DNA of 64,000 nucleotides from a virus, in the IMG/VR virus record IMGVR_UViG_3300034374_004935, positions 1 through 64,000 of that record. One strand, 5' to 3'. Below the pieces are notes generated by a model. That model ran no database searches, was not told the DNA's origin, and saw only the letters and a program-made list of their open reading frames with translations. Shown here one piece after another: positions 36,962 through 46,779 of this stretch. Positions within the stretch are counted from its first letter, which is position 1; each line of letters begins with the position of its first letter. Position numbers and translations under genes: made by a program.

Positions 36962-37963
36962 ATGGAAAACATAGATTTAAATTCAATAATATTTAATGAT
37001 CTTATTACAAGAGATGATATCTTAAAACATGTTACGCAAGAACAGATATATAGTTTTTATATGGGAGAAAAAATAGATAGACTTGGTGTTTATCATTCAC
37101 CTCTTCGTGAAGACAATATTCCTTCTTTTGCGTTATTTTTTCATCAAGCAAATAGAGATATACTAATGTTTAAAGATTTTGCTACAAGTGATTGTGGTGA
37201 TTTTATCATGTTAGTTAGAAAATTATTTAGTTTAAATTATTATGAAGCGCTAGAAAAAGTAGCATATGATATGGGGTTATCTAACTTTAATGTCAATGCT
37301 GTAAAACAGAATGTAGAATATACAAGGATAACACGTAAAGAATCTGTAGAATTAGGAATAAAGAAAAGACCTTGGTTAACAATAGATAAAAAATATTGGC
37401 AATCATTTGGTATTAAAAAAGCTACGTTAGAAAAGTTTAATGTGTTTCCTATTAGCCATGTATTTTATAATGACAATGCTGTTAAAACTGCTAATCATGC
37501 TTATGCATATGTCGAGCACAAAGACGGTAAAGTTACTTATAAGATATATCAACCATTTGAGAATAAACTTAAAAAATGGATTAACAATGCTAATTATTCT
37601 GTACACCAAGGTTATAGGCAATTGCCTAAATCAGGTGAGCTGTTAGTAATTACTAAGTCTTTAAAAGATGTCATGAGCCTCCATGATGTAGTAGGTGTTC
37701 CTGCTATAGGCTTACAATCAGAATCTGTTATGATGAAAGATTCTGTAATGGACGAATATAAATCTAGATTTAAAAAAGTTGTATGTCTCTTTGACAACGA
37801 CGACGCAGGTATGAAACTCGCTAAAGAGTTTTCTAAAAGATATGATGTGCCTAGTTTCATTGTATTGCCTTTAGGTGGATCTAAAGATTTCAGTGACTTA
37901 GTAAAAAATACTACTAAAGAATTTAGTGTAGAACATTTTAATAAAAAATTAGAAAAATTATGA
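36962..37963 (+). CDS. dnaG: DnaG-like primase (crAss type)
   Basis: SPLREDxxPSF...FKDF..GD N-terminal domain; TOPRIM ITKSLKDVM and FDNDxAG; KDFSD. Confidence 0.88.
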   Translation: MENIDLNSIIFNDLITRDDILKHVTQEQIYSFYMGEKIDRLGVYHSPLREDNIPSFALFFHQANRDILMFKDFATSDCGDFIMLVRKLFSLNYYEALEKVAYDMGLSNFNVNAVKQNVEYTRITRKESVELGIKKRPWLTIDKKYWQSFGIKKATLEKFNVFPISHVFYNDNAVKTANHAYAYVEHKDGKVTYKIYQPFENKLKKWINNANYSVHQGYRQLPKSGELLVITKSLKDVMSLHDVVGVPAIGLQSESVMMKDSVMDEYKSRFKKVVCLFDNDDAGMKLAKEFSKRYDVPSFIVLPLGGSKDFSDLVKNTTKEFSVEHFNKKLEKL

Positions 37964-39204
37964 CAAAACATGAATCTCTAAGTAAAATTAGCAAGAAGCT
38001 AATGTTAGAAGAACCGTTCTACGGTTTCTATCTATTATCATTAAATAAAATATGGGATGTGCGAGTAGGCACAGCTGGTGTTTGTAAGAATGGAATCAAC
38101 TATCAATTGATGATAAGCGAACCTTTTTGGGATACTCTAAGTGAGGACCATAAAACAGGTTTACTTAAACATGAATTATTACATATTGCTTTTGGCCATC
38201 TATTGACTTTTACTAAGTTCTCTGATAAAAAACTTGCTAACATAGCAATGGATATGGAAATCAATCAATATATAGATGAAAATCGATTGCCTGAAGGAGG
38301 TATAAATATCAATGATTATGGTGATCTTAATCTAAGAAGAAAAGCTGGTACTCAATATTATTATGAAGAGTTAGAAAAAGCTCAAAAGAAGAAAAAAGAA
38401 CAAGGTAGTAGTGGAGATAGTAATATGGATAAACTTTTAGATGGTCTAGATCAAAGTCAAGAAGTTGTATTAATTGGACCAGCAGATAGTGATGACGGAG
38501 AAGGAGGATTAGGTTCAAAAAAAGAAGTTAAAATTCCTAAACATGATTGGGAAGAATTTGAAAACTTGCCTGAAGCAGAAAAACAATTGATAGATATGCA
38601 ACTCCAACGTGTGTTGGAACAATGTAAAAAACAAACTGAAAAGAAACAAGGACATGTTCCTGGTGAGATGAAAGGTTTGATTAAGATTCAGGAAATAATT
38701 CCTCCTAAATTTAATTGGAAGAATTATCTCCGACGATTTACTGGCATTAGCACTAAAATATTTACTAAGAAAATTCGTAGAAAAGAAAACGTTAAGTTTC
38801 CTGATATGCCTGGTATGAAAGTTAAAATGAAACAAAAACTTTTATTAGCCATAGACACATCTGGATCTGTACGTGATCATGAAGTAAAAGAGTTTATGAA
38901 TGAAATGCACCATATATATAAAACTGGTGTAGATATAACTCTTGTACAATGTGATACTTATATACGAGATGTTAGTGAATATACTGGTACCTATGAACTA
39001 AAGATACACGGACGCGGTGGTACTGACTTTACACCTGTAATAAAATATTTTAATGAGAATACTAGTTATACTAGTCTTATATATTTTACAGATGGTGAGG
39101 CACATACACACGTAAATCCTAGAGCTAGAGTTTTATGGGTTCACTCGGAAGAATCAGAAATTAATGAAGACCTACCTGGTCTTAAGATAAAATTAGAATT
39201 ATAA
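37960..39204 (+). CDS. DUF2201-type metallopeptidase + vWA domain protein
   Basis: HELLH...NIAMDMEIN; MIDAS DTSGS, GRGGTDF and FTDGE. Confidence 0.88.
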   Translation: MTKHESLSKISKKLMLEEPFYGFYLLSLNKIWDVRVGTAGVCKNGINYQLMISEPFWDTLSEDHKTGLLKHELLHIAFGHLLTFTKFSDKKLANIAMDMEINQYIDENRLPEGGININDYGDLNLRRKAGTQYYYEELEKAQKKKKEQGSSGDSNMDKLLDGLDQSQEVVLIGPADSDDGEGGLGSKKEVKIPKHDWEEFENLPEAEKQLIDMQLQRVLEQCKKQTEKKQGHVPGEMKGLIKIQEIIPPKFNWKNYLRRFTGISTKIFTKKIRRKENVKFPDMPGMKVKMKQKLLLAIDTSGSVRDHEVKEFMNEMHHIYKTGVDITLVQCDTYIRDVSEYTGTYELKIHGRGGTDFTPVIKYFNENTSYTSLIYFTDGEAHTHVNPRARVLWVHSEESEINEDLPGLKIKLEL

Positions 39205-39216
39205 AATTAAATACTA

Positions 39217-40386
39217 ATGAATCAATTACAATTAAACGTAGATGAATTAAAAGGATTCATCAAACATATGGTAAGCAATAACCAACATATACAGGAAGAC
39301 GGTAAAGTTCCTGTTGCTGTAAATATTGAAGGTGAAGCTGGCCTTGGTAAAACTTCTGCTATTATGCAGTTAGGCAGTGAGCTTGACATGCAAGTAGTAA
39401 AGCTAAACTTAGCACAGCTAGAAGAGTTAGGCGATTTAGTAGGTTTTCCTGTTAAAGAATTCCAAGTTAAAAATAACGAGGGTAAGTCTTTATGGATTAC
39501 TGAGCAAGAAATTGATACTGCTAACAAGAAAGGCTATAAAGTTGTAGATAAAAGAATGTCTCATGCTGCACCTGAATGGATTCAGGGTCGTGGTGAAGGC
39601 GGTTTCTTAGTTCTAGATGACTATACTCGTGCTGATCATAGATTTATGCAAGCTTGTATGGAATTGATAGATAAACAAGAATATGTTAGCTGGCGACTTC
39701 CTAGAAACTGGCATGTTATCTTAACTACTAATCCTGACAATGGTGATTATAATGTTACTAGTCTAGATAATGCGCAGAAAACTCGTTTCATATCTGTTGA
39801 GACTAAGTTTGATGCTAATGTATGGGCACGGTGGGCAGAGAATATGAGAATAGATGGTCGTTGTATTAATTTCTTATTAATGCATCCTGAAATAATAACT
39901 CAAGAAATTAATCCTAGGTCTATTACTACATTCTTTAATTCTATTAGTTCTATTAAAGACTTTAGTAAAGAATTACCCCTTATACAAATGGTAGGCGAAG
40001 GTTCTATTGGTCCAGAAGCAGCAAGTTTATTTGTTATGTTTATTAATAATCAGCTAGATAAGATTCTTACTCCTCAAGAATTAATTCAAAAAGATGAGAA
40101 AGAGTTATTAGAAGCTCTTGATGATTGTGTCGGAGTTAATGATACATATCGTGCTGACATAGCAAGTGTCTTGGCTACTAGATTAATTAATTATTGTTTG
40201 CGTACTGCTTCTGAAGGACATGTTCCTGAATCAATGATTAATAGATTAATTAAGCTTACGACTAAATTCAACACTTTTACTGAAGATTTAAAATATTATA
40301 TAGTAAAAGAATTATTAGGCGGTCATAAAGCTAAGTTTTCTAAGATGATGCTAGATCAAAATGTTTTACAAATGAGTACTAAATAA
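39217..40386 (+). CDS. MoxR-like AAA+ ATPase
   Basis: GEAGLGKT, GDLVGFP, LVLDDYTRA, TTNP, LDxAxxTRF and NPRS motifs. Confidence 0.88.
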   Translation: MNQLQLNVDELKGFIKHMVSNNQHIQEDGKVPVAVNIEGEAGLGKTSAIMQLGSELDMQVVKLNLAQLEELGDLVGFPVKEFQVKNNEGKSLWITEQEIDTANKKGYKVVDKRMSHAAPEWIQGRGEGGFLVLDDYTRADHRFMQACMELIDKQEYVSWRLPRNWHVILTTNPDNGDYNVTSLDNAQKTRFISVETKFDANVWARWAENMRIDGRCINFLLMHPEIITQEINPRSITTFFNSISSIKDFSKELPLIQMVGEGSIGPEAASLFVMFINNQLDKILTPQELIQKDEKELLEALDDCVGVNDTYRADIASVLATRLINYCLRTASEGHVPESMINRLIKLTTKFNTFTEDLKYYIVKELLGGHKAKFSKMMLDQNVLQMSTK

Positions 40387-40392
40387 AAAAAA

Positions 40393-41574
40393 ATGACAAA
40401 AAAAATATTAGATTTATCAGATTGTTTTGATTCAAATATGGATCATAGATCAGGAGAAGTAGATTATCTCTACTATAGTAGCAGACATAGCTATGTGTAT
40501 ATTTATGACAAAGAAGTATTAAGTAATGTTACAGATTCTATATCAAAAAATAGTTATACTCCAAATATTGGAGATGTTCTTTATATTGGTGCAGGTGCTA
40601 ATGTTCCTAGAGTAAAATTAAAAAATCTTTTACTAGATAATGCTTCTAAAACTACTAATAAGTTTAAAGATGCTACTCATATATTTGTAGATCCAAGTCT
40701 CGGTAAATTAAGAGATTATGAGTGGAAATATCATGTTACTAAAGAACAAGTTGTGACTTTTGTAACTCAAGCTGAAGTTCATAATTATATAGACATAAAA
40801 GAACGAGATGAATTATTAAAACTTTTAGAGCCATATAAAGATGAAGACAATATAATCGTTAATTCTTATATATCTAGAATGATTAGTAATAGACCTAGTG
40901 GATTATATGGAGGTGTTCCTGTATCTAAAAATGTACATACATATCGAAGTTATAGTTATTATTTTATTAAAGAAGATTACGTAGAGTTATATGAATATAT
41001 TTTAAATAATCTCGATAAAGTATATAATTATACAGAATTGCTCCCTCATATTAACGGTGAAGAAACTATTACTATGGATGAAAATGTATATAAGCAAGTT
41101 CATAATATGTTTAATAGTGATGATACTGATAATCATGTACTAGCTATGGAGATTATGGCTAATTGTAATTATAAAGAATCTATGATGTATCTTTTGTTGT
41201 TACTAAATGATTGGACCCATCAAATAGATAAAAATCCTACTAAAAGACATGTTAATTTTAAATCTTTCTTAGGTTATTTTAATATGACTCCTAGTAATTT
41301 CTATTTAGACCACAATTCAATAATTAGTATGCTACTTGATAGAAAAGTTTTAACTGTAGATATGTTGGATTATATTCTTAATAAATATAAAGACCAATTT
41401 GTATATCATAATGATCATTTTAAAGTTCAGAATATTACTCTAAGTCCTGAGATAGCTGAAGCATTAAATATAGATTATGTGAGAGAAATTACTCCTAGAT
41501 ATACAGTTAAAGAAGTAGAAATAAAAGATGAAGTAGAAACCGAAATACCTGACGAATTTCGTTGGATTGAATAA
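40393..41574 (+). CDS. hypothetical protein with BRCT-like segment
   Basis: GDVLYIGAGANVPRVKLKNLL..NASKTT....ATHIFV resembles the BRCT beta1-alpha1-beta2-beta3 pattern. Confidence 0.5.
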   Translation: MTKKILDLSDCFDSNMDHRSGEVDYLYYSSRHSYVYIYDKEVLSNVTDSISKNSYTPNIGDVLYIGAGANVPRVKLKNLLLDNASKTTNKFKDATHIFVDPSLGKLRDYEWKYHVTKEQVVTFVTQAEVHNYIDIKERDELLKLLEPYKDEDNIIVNSYISRMISNRPSGLYGGVPVSKNVHTYRSYSYYFIKEDYVELYEYILNNLDKVYNYTELLPHINGEETITMDENVYKQVHNMFNSDDTDNHVLAMEIMANCNYKESMMYLLLLLNDWTHQIDKNPTKRHVNFKSFLGYFNMTPSNFYLDHNSIISMLLDRKVLTVDMLDYILNKYKDQFVYHNDHFKVQNITLSPEIAEALNIDYVREITPRYTVKEVEIKDEVETEIPDEFRWIE

Positions 41575-41586
41575 AAACAAAACGCT

Positions 41587-42084
41587 ATGGTAAGTGAGAT
41601 TAAATTAGAATTTCCTGAATTCATAACTCATATACCTGTTAGTAAGAAAAACTGGGTCAAGATTGGTTATAATAAGATTCATGCATCTGTGCACTATACA
41701 ACTAGGGCAGCTCTTGTAGCTGCCATGCACGGATATATTGAAAAACATATACCAGACAATCTAAGTATTGACACCCCCGTAGAAACAAAACTAACAGTAT
41801 ATGCGCCTATAAATTATGGAGTTATGAAAATGATAAAAGATAAAGAAACAGGAAAAAGAAAGACGAGTTGGAAACCAGCAGCCGATGATTACAAACCTAA
41901 TTGGGATATAGGCAACCTAGCTCTCATATGGATTAAATGTCTAGATGATGTGTTAATAAAGAAAGGTATATTACCTGATGACACTGTAGAATTCTTAAGA
42001 CGTACTCAATATGAGTTTGTGCCTGTTAGAAATTTGAAGAACAGAAAATTAGTTTATAAAATTAAATCAATTAAAAGAAGATGA
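41587..42084 (+). CDS. RusA-like Holliday junction resolvase
   Basis: DIGNL...KCLDDVL..GILPDD corresponds to RusA DxDN..K..D.L..G...DD. Confidence 0.7.
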   Translation: MVSEIKLEFPEFITHIPVSKKNWVKIGYNKIHASVHYTTRAALVAAMHGYIEKHIPDNLSIDTPVETKLTVYAPINYGVMKMIKDKETGKRKTSWKPAADDYKPNWDIGNLALIWIKCLDDVLIKKGILPDDTVEFLRRTQYEFVPVRNLKNRKLVYKIKSIKRR

Positions 42085-43100
42085 TCGATTACCAAACAAT
42101 AAGTGCTCTTAATCAAAGCACTCTAAAAAAGATTTTGATTAGTCCACAAGAATATATTAAAGCTAAAGAAAGACAGCTAGCAAAAGATGAATCTACTGAG
42201 CAGCATTTTGTCTTTGGTTCTTTAGTAGACTCATTGCTTACAGAGACTAAACAAGATTTTGATAACAAGTATGCTGTGATTCCTGATACAACAGGAGTTA
42301 CTGACACAATTAGTAGAATAGTGCAAGGTGTGTATCAAGATAGAGTAGCTACTGGGCTAGAAATTTTAGATCTAGAAGAATACTATGATGATATATTACA
42401 ACATTGTCAATATGAGAATTATCAAAGTAATTGGAAAGAAGAGACTAGAGTTAATAAAATCATAGCTCAAGGTTCTAAATATTTTGAAATTCTTAAAGAG
42501 ACAGATGGTAAAACTATTGTTACTGAGACTGACTATGCTAAAGCAGTTAATTGTGTTATGGCACTTCGATCAGACAAATTTACTGGACCTTATTGTCAAA
42601 AGAAATCTAGCGACGATCATATTGAAATCATAGATAAACATGTTGTACAATTTAAGTATAGCGGTCTAGAATTCAAAGGTGAAATAGATAGAATTATTGT
42701 TGATCATAAAAATCAAACAATAACTCCAATTGACTTTAAGACTACAGGTAAATCTGTTCTTAATTTTGAAAATAGTTTCTGGCATTTTAGGTATGATTTT
42801 CAAGCAGCTGTTTATGACTTAGGTTTGCATTTAGACAAATCTGAAAGATTGCAAAAATATTACCAAAACGGTTATTCTATAAATAGATTTCTATATATTG
42901 TTGTAGAAACACATTTAAATAATAATCCTATGGTATTTGAAATTACTAAAACTGTACTCGAAGTTGGCATCAAAGGCAACAAAGAGTATGAAGGTTTTAA
43001 TAAAGCAATCGAAAGGTATAAATATGCTACAGAAAATGATGCTTGGGATTACCCAATGGAATATTATAAACAAGGTAAAAATGTAATAAGCGTAGAGTAA
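42081..43100 (+). CDS. PD-(D/E)XK exonuclease (RecE/DUF3799-like)
   Basis: FGSLVD, KGEIDRI..D..IDFKT and YDFQAAVY motifs. Confidence 0.85.
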   Translation: MIDYQTISALNQSTLKKILISPQEYIKAKERQLAKDESTEQHFVFGSLVDSLLTETKQDFDNKYAVIPDTTGVTDTISRIVQGVYQDRVATGLEILDLEEYYDDILQHCQYENYQSNWKEETRVNKIIAQGSKYFEILKETDGKTIVTETDYAKAVNCVMALRSDKFTGPYCQKKSSDDHIEIIDKHVVQFKYSGLEFKGEIDRIIVDHKNQTITPIDFKTTGKSVLNFENSFWHFRYDFQAAVYDLGLHLDKSERLQKYYQNGYSINRFLYIVVETHLNNNPMVFEITKTVLEVGIKGNKEYEGFNKAIERYKYATENDAWDYPMEYYKQGKNVISVE

Positions 43101-43102
43101 TT

Positions 43103-43711
43103 ATGAAGTATACAAAAACTGCAACTTTTTTGTTCCCTCTTCTAAACGTACCAAAGTCTTTGTTTGATTGTCATATTACAGATAGCTGGGGTCGACTTAA
43201 ACATAAGTCTCGATTCTTAAATGCTTTTCTAGCTAATACTACAATTAGTAAATACAAAGAAGAAAATTATATACACGTATTAGTAAGAGGTTATAGAGAT
43301 ACAGATTTTGAAAAATTTCATAGTACTATTCAAGCTTTTCCAAACTTTATAGACGAGTATGATATTAAAGAATGCACTGTGTTTATCTTTAGTATACCTA
43401 CTGATTATCAACGTGATTTTGATTTATTAATTAACGGTAAGTATTCAGAGATAACAGCCAATAGTAAGAAGCTAATTCTAGCTAATCACTATTTTTCTGG
43501 TAAGTCTTATACATTACCGTTAATATTAAACAAAGCAATTGTTTTAAAAGAAAGTTGGGAAGAGCGCTTAAGTAACCCTACTTCTCCTGCATATTTATAT
43601 GATCAAGAAGTATGGCCTATTATTAACTGCGCTAAAGAAATCTTAACAAATGAAGTAATTTCTAATTATACACAAAAAAACAAACTAACCCCGACGGGAG
43701 ACTTCTTTTAG
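43103..43711 (+). CDS. hypothetical protein
   Basis: 202 aa with TATFLFPLL and GKYSEI motifs. Confidence 0.65.
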   Translation: MKYTKTATFLFPLLNVPKSLFDCHITDSWGRLKHKSRFLNAFLANTTISKYKEENYIHVLVRGYRDTDFEKFHSTIQAFPNFIDEYDIKECTVFIFSIPTDYQRDFDLLINGKYSEITANSKKLILANHYFSGKSYTLPLILNKAIVLKESWEERLSNPTSPAYLYDQEVWPIINCAKEILTNEVISNYTQKNKLTPTGDFF

Positions 43712-43753
43712 TCTCCCATAGTGGTTATGCAGTTTAGATTATATTAATCTGAT

Positions 43754-43785
43754 GGGGCTCTAGAAATAGGGCCCTTTTTATTTTT
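43754..43785 (+). terminator. intrinsic terminator just upstream of the SPL-like gene
   Basis: ggggctcta-gaaa-tagggccct followed by ttttattttt. Confidence 0.7.
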
Positions 43786-43791
43786 AATCCT

Positions 43792-44655
43792 ATGACAAAA
43801 CTTATAAAGAAAATTAATAGAAAATCTATGTTGATTAGACCTTCTGGTAGATCAACAGATTTTATTTCACCTAGCTTCGGCTATGGCTGCTTGTATGATT
43901 GCAGCTATTGCTACATGAAGCGTCATAAACCAAAAGGTTTAGACATTGCAGAAAATATAGAAGATATATTAACTGTTGTAAATAATCATGCATATTTTAC
44001 ACCTGTCGATAAACCTAATCAAACACATCCTGTGTTGACTACTTATGACATCAGCTGTAACGAAGACTTCGCTCTGCATGCTAAGTTCTATGATTGGCAA
44101 AAGATATTTGAATTCTTTAAGAACCATCCTTTGGCTATGGGTTCATTCGCTACTAAATATGTTAATCCTGACTTTATTAGTTATGATCCTAATAAGAAGA
44201 TTAGAATTAGATATAGTCTTATGCCTCAACATATGAGCGATAAACATGAGCCTAATACATCTAAGATACTTGACAGGATTAAAGCTGTTGACGCATTTAT
44301 AGATGCAGGTTATGAGGTACATCTTAATTTTAGTCCCGTGATTGTATACAAAGGTTGGCGTAAAGATTATAAAGAATTGTTTGAGATGGTAAATGAGTAT
44401 ATCGATTACAAGGACGAAGTACTCGCAGAAGTTATCTTTCTTACTCATAATAAAAAGAAACATTTGGCTAATCTTAAGAATCACGCTGAAGCAGAAAAAG
44501 ATTTATGGATTCCCGAAATTCAGCAAAATAAAATATCGCAATATGGTGGCGAAAATCTAAGATATGAGTTATCTTTAAAGAAGAAATTCATAGAACAATT
44601 TACTGCTATCCACGACAGTATAATTCCTTGGAATAAAATTAGGTACATCTTTTAA
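43792..44655 (+). CDS. splB: spore photoproduct lyase-like radical SAM protein
   Basis: GCLYDCSYCYM (CxxxCxxC), DISCNED, FATK, RIRYSLMP, EPxT..I.DRI.A....AGYEVHLNFSPVI and YGG..LRY motifs. Confidence 0.85.
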   Translation: MTKLIKKINRKSMLIRPSGRSTDFISPSFGYGCLYDCSYCYMKRHKPKGLDIAENIEDILTVVNNHAYFTPVDKPNQTHPVLTTYDISCNEDFALHAKFYDWQKIFEFFKNHPLAMGSFATKYVNPDFISYDPNKKIRIRYSLMPQHMSDKHEPNTSKILDRIKAVDAFIDAGYEVHLNFSPVIVYKGWRKDYKELFEMVNEYIDYKDEVLAEVIFLTHNKKKHLANLKNHAEAEKDLWIPEIQQNKISQYGGENLRYELSLKKKFIEQFTAIHDSIIPWNKIRYIF

Positions 44656-44668
44656 AATTAAAAAACTC

Positions 44669-44959
44669 ATGACAGAAAACAGGAACGTTGAAGACACAAA
44701 CATTGATCTCGTAATTAAAGGAGAAAACCATGAAAAAGATTTTAATCTAGAACAGTTTTATAACAGCAAAAATAAACAGATTGCTGCTAAAGACGTTAAT
44801 GCTGAAATTCAAAGATTAAAAAGTACTCTTACTGGTAATCTTTTAGATGATGCAGAAATCCAACAACAAATCTATGCATTAAAATTAATTGTTAATCCTC
44901 AGATAGCATTTAAACCTGAGTTAGATGAAGATGATGATTGCTTATATTGTGGATCATAA
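44669..44959 (+). CDS. hypothetical protein ending in CLYCGS
   Basis: 96 aa with a DDDCLYCGS terminus. Confidence 0.6.
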   Translation: MTENRNVEDTNIDLVIKGENHEKDFNLEQFYNSKNKQIAAKDVNAEIQRLKSTLTGNLLDDAEIQQQIYALKLIVNPQIAFKPELDEDDDCLYCGS

Positions 44960-44988
44960 AAGAAGGGGACTAATATGTCCCCTTTTTT
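44959..44988. terminator. bidirectional terminator at the convergence of the two arms
   Basis: aaagaaggggac-taatat-gtcccctttttt. Confidence 0.8.
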
Positions 44989-45832
44989 ATTTGTGTTTGT
45001 AGTGAATCTTTCCTCGGTAGATCACGAAGCCTTTCTGAGATTCTTTGACTTCTTGTCCCGATAAGTTGTAGTAATTAAAAGATTCTGGTTTGCGATAAAC
45101 ATACACAGGATACCAAGATTGTGTAGTGCCGTCTATATCGGTTTCTTTAAGTTGATAGTAAGTAGTATTATATAAGATACTATTATCTATATATTCATAT
45201 TCTTGCAAGCTTGTAGAAAAACCTGCAGCTGGTATATGAGCTATCTTATTCCAATTTGAAGTATCCATTGCTCTATATAACGAAAAATAATCAGAATTGT
45301 TTTCAGATGCTGTGGACCAAGTTAACTTTGTTCCGTCGTCTAATAACTCTGCTTTAAAATCTAAAAGTTCTACAGGCAATGGAGTTACGTTTAATATGTC
45401 AAAGAAATCTACATGTGCGTATTTATTCTTAAGACCTCCGTTACCGTACGTAAGTAAATCAAATGTTATACGAGTAACAGTATTAGGAATGGTAAGCTGA
45501 TAAAGGCCGTTAAGATTAGTAATGTCATAGAAAGACCAAGCACCATCGAAAAGGTAGAGTCTAAACTCATCCCCGTTACGGATAGAACACTCCTGATACC
45601 AGAGTATATCCACTTGTCCATACGAAGTAAGATCGTATATAGGCGATTCAAAAATGTACCAAGTATCTGTGACATAAGTCCCACTAATATTATAACACAA
45701 AGAGCCACTATGCGAACCAGTATTACCGCCAGGGCTAGTCCACTCACCAGGCTGATCAAAGCTATCAAACGGTTCTGATATTTGGCCATAAGCTGTAAAT
45801 GTAGATAATAATATAATTAATAACAACCTCAT
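44987..45832 (-). CDS. secreted protein with Bacteroidota TPLPVEL Ig-like domain and T9SS-CTD-like tail
   Basis: Signal peptide; TPLPVELLDFKA...LTWSTASENNSDYF...Y.Y.D...YYQLKETDIDG; tail YYNLSGQEV....GFVIYRGK. Confidence 0.75.
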   Translation of the reverse strand: MRLLLIILLSTFTAYGQISEPFDSFDQPGEWTSPGGNTGSHSGSLCYNISGTYVTDTWYIFESPIYDLTSYGQVDILWYQECSIRNGDEFRLYLFDGAWSFYDITNLNGLYQLTIPNTVTRITFDLLTYGNGGLKNKYAHVDFFDILNVTPLPVELLDFKAELLDDGTKLTWSTASENNSDYFSLYRAMDTSNWNKIAHIPAAGFSTSLQEYEYIDNSILYNTTYYQLKETDIDGTTQSWYPVYVYRKPESFNYYNLSGQEVKESQKGFVIYRGKIHYKHK

Positions 45833-46719
45833 AATGGAAATTTACATGAATCTACTTGTCTGTCGTGTCTATCTATATTCTCTGCTCTAATTCTTTTATA
45901 ATCTATAGTAAGAATTCTACCTCCTGTAGGTTTAACTGGAGCTCCTCTTTCTACATGCCACCCCTTGCTACCTGCTCCATATTCCTCTTTGTACGTGCCT
46001 GTGAGCATCATGTGAAGTTGTTTTTGACAATGTCTATATACACTAGATCCTTGGACACAAACATCTCTTACATCATTCCTAGCTGCATTCTCATGTATAT
46101 GACCCATAGTAAATACATCAAAGTCTTCATACATTTCTAAAGCTCTAGTAAGGTTAAGTGCTCCTTTAGTTACAACACCTCCTCCACCTGATCCGTGGAA
46201 ATACTTTATCTTAATAGCTCTTGTAGAGTCTCTACCATTTTCTTTTTTTCTAAGAGCTTGATTTATAATAAACCATCCACCATATCCTCCTGTCATTACA
46301 TTGGTGTTATTCTTAAGATTAAGCATCTTAACAAATCTAGCTAATATGTCTGTTTCTTGCCATTTGATAATGGCAGTTTCATGATTTCCATAGCCTATTA
46401 CTGTAAGAAGATGTGCATAAGGACTCCACCATTCTACAGCTGTCTCTACTATTGAATCTAAGTATTTAGCATTATTGTGTTCAGGGCGTATATCAGATTT
46501 GTTTCTTCTGTTATCTCCTCTACCTTGCATTAAACAAAAGAAATCCCCATTAACCATAATAGGGATTGAGTTGTCTAAGCAAAAGTCTAAATCATTTTTT
46601 AAAAGTTTCCAATCACATTTAGGATTATCCCAATGGATGTCTGATAACATAGCAATTTTTGCCCTAGTACCATCGAGTTTTAACTCATGGATATTATCAG
46701 CATGTTTAATAAGTTTCAT
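45829..46719 (-). CDS. calcineurin-like metallophosphoesterase
   Basis: SDIHWD, NGDFF, GNHE, FHG and GHIH motifs. Confidence 0.88.
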   Translation of the reverse strand: MKLIKHADNIHELKLDGTRAKIAMLSDIHWDNPKCDWKLLKNDLDFCLDNSIPIMVNGDFFCLMQGRGDNRRNKSDIRPEHNNAKYLDSIVETAVEWWSPYAHLLTVIGYGNHETAIIKWQETDILARFVKMLNLKNNTNVMTGGYGGWFIINQALRKKENGRDSTRAIKIKYFHGSGGGGVVTKGALNLTRALEMYEDFDVFTMGHIHENAARNDVRDVCVQGSSVYRHCQKQLHMMLTGTYKEEYGAGSKGWHVERGAPVKPTGGRILTIDYKRIRAENIDRHDRQVDSCKFPL

Positions 46720-46779
46720 TGTGTTTTGTATTTATCGCGTCCCTAATATACGAAACTTTGTTTTAAGTAAAAAATTTGC

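Noticed and set aside
16746-37963. Inteins or introns in TerL, PolA, DnaB or primase
   Set aside because: Lengths are ordinary, motifs are contiguous, and no C...HN intein ends or homing endonuclease ORFs were seen.
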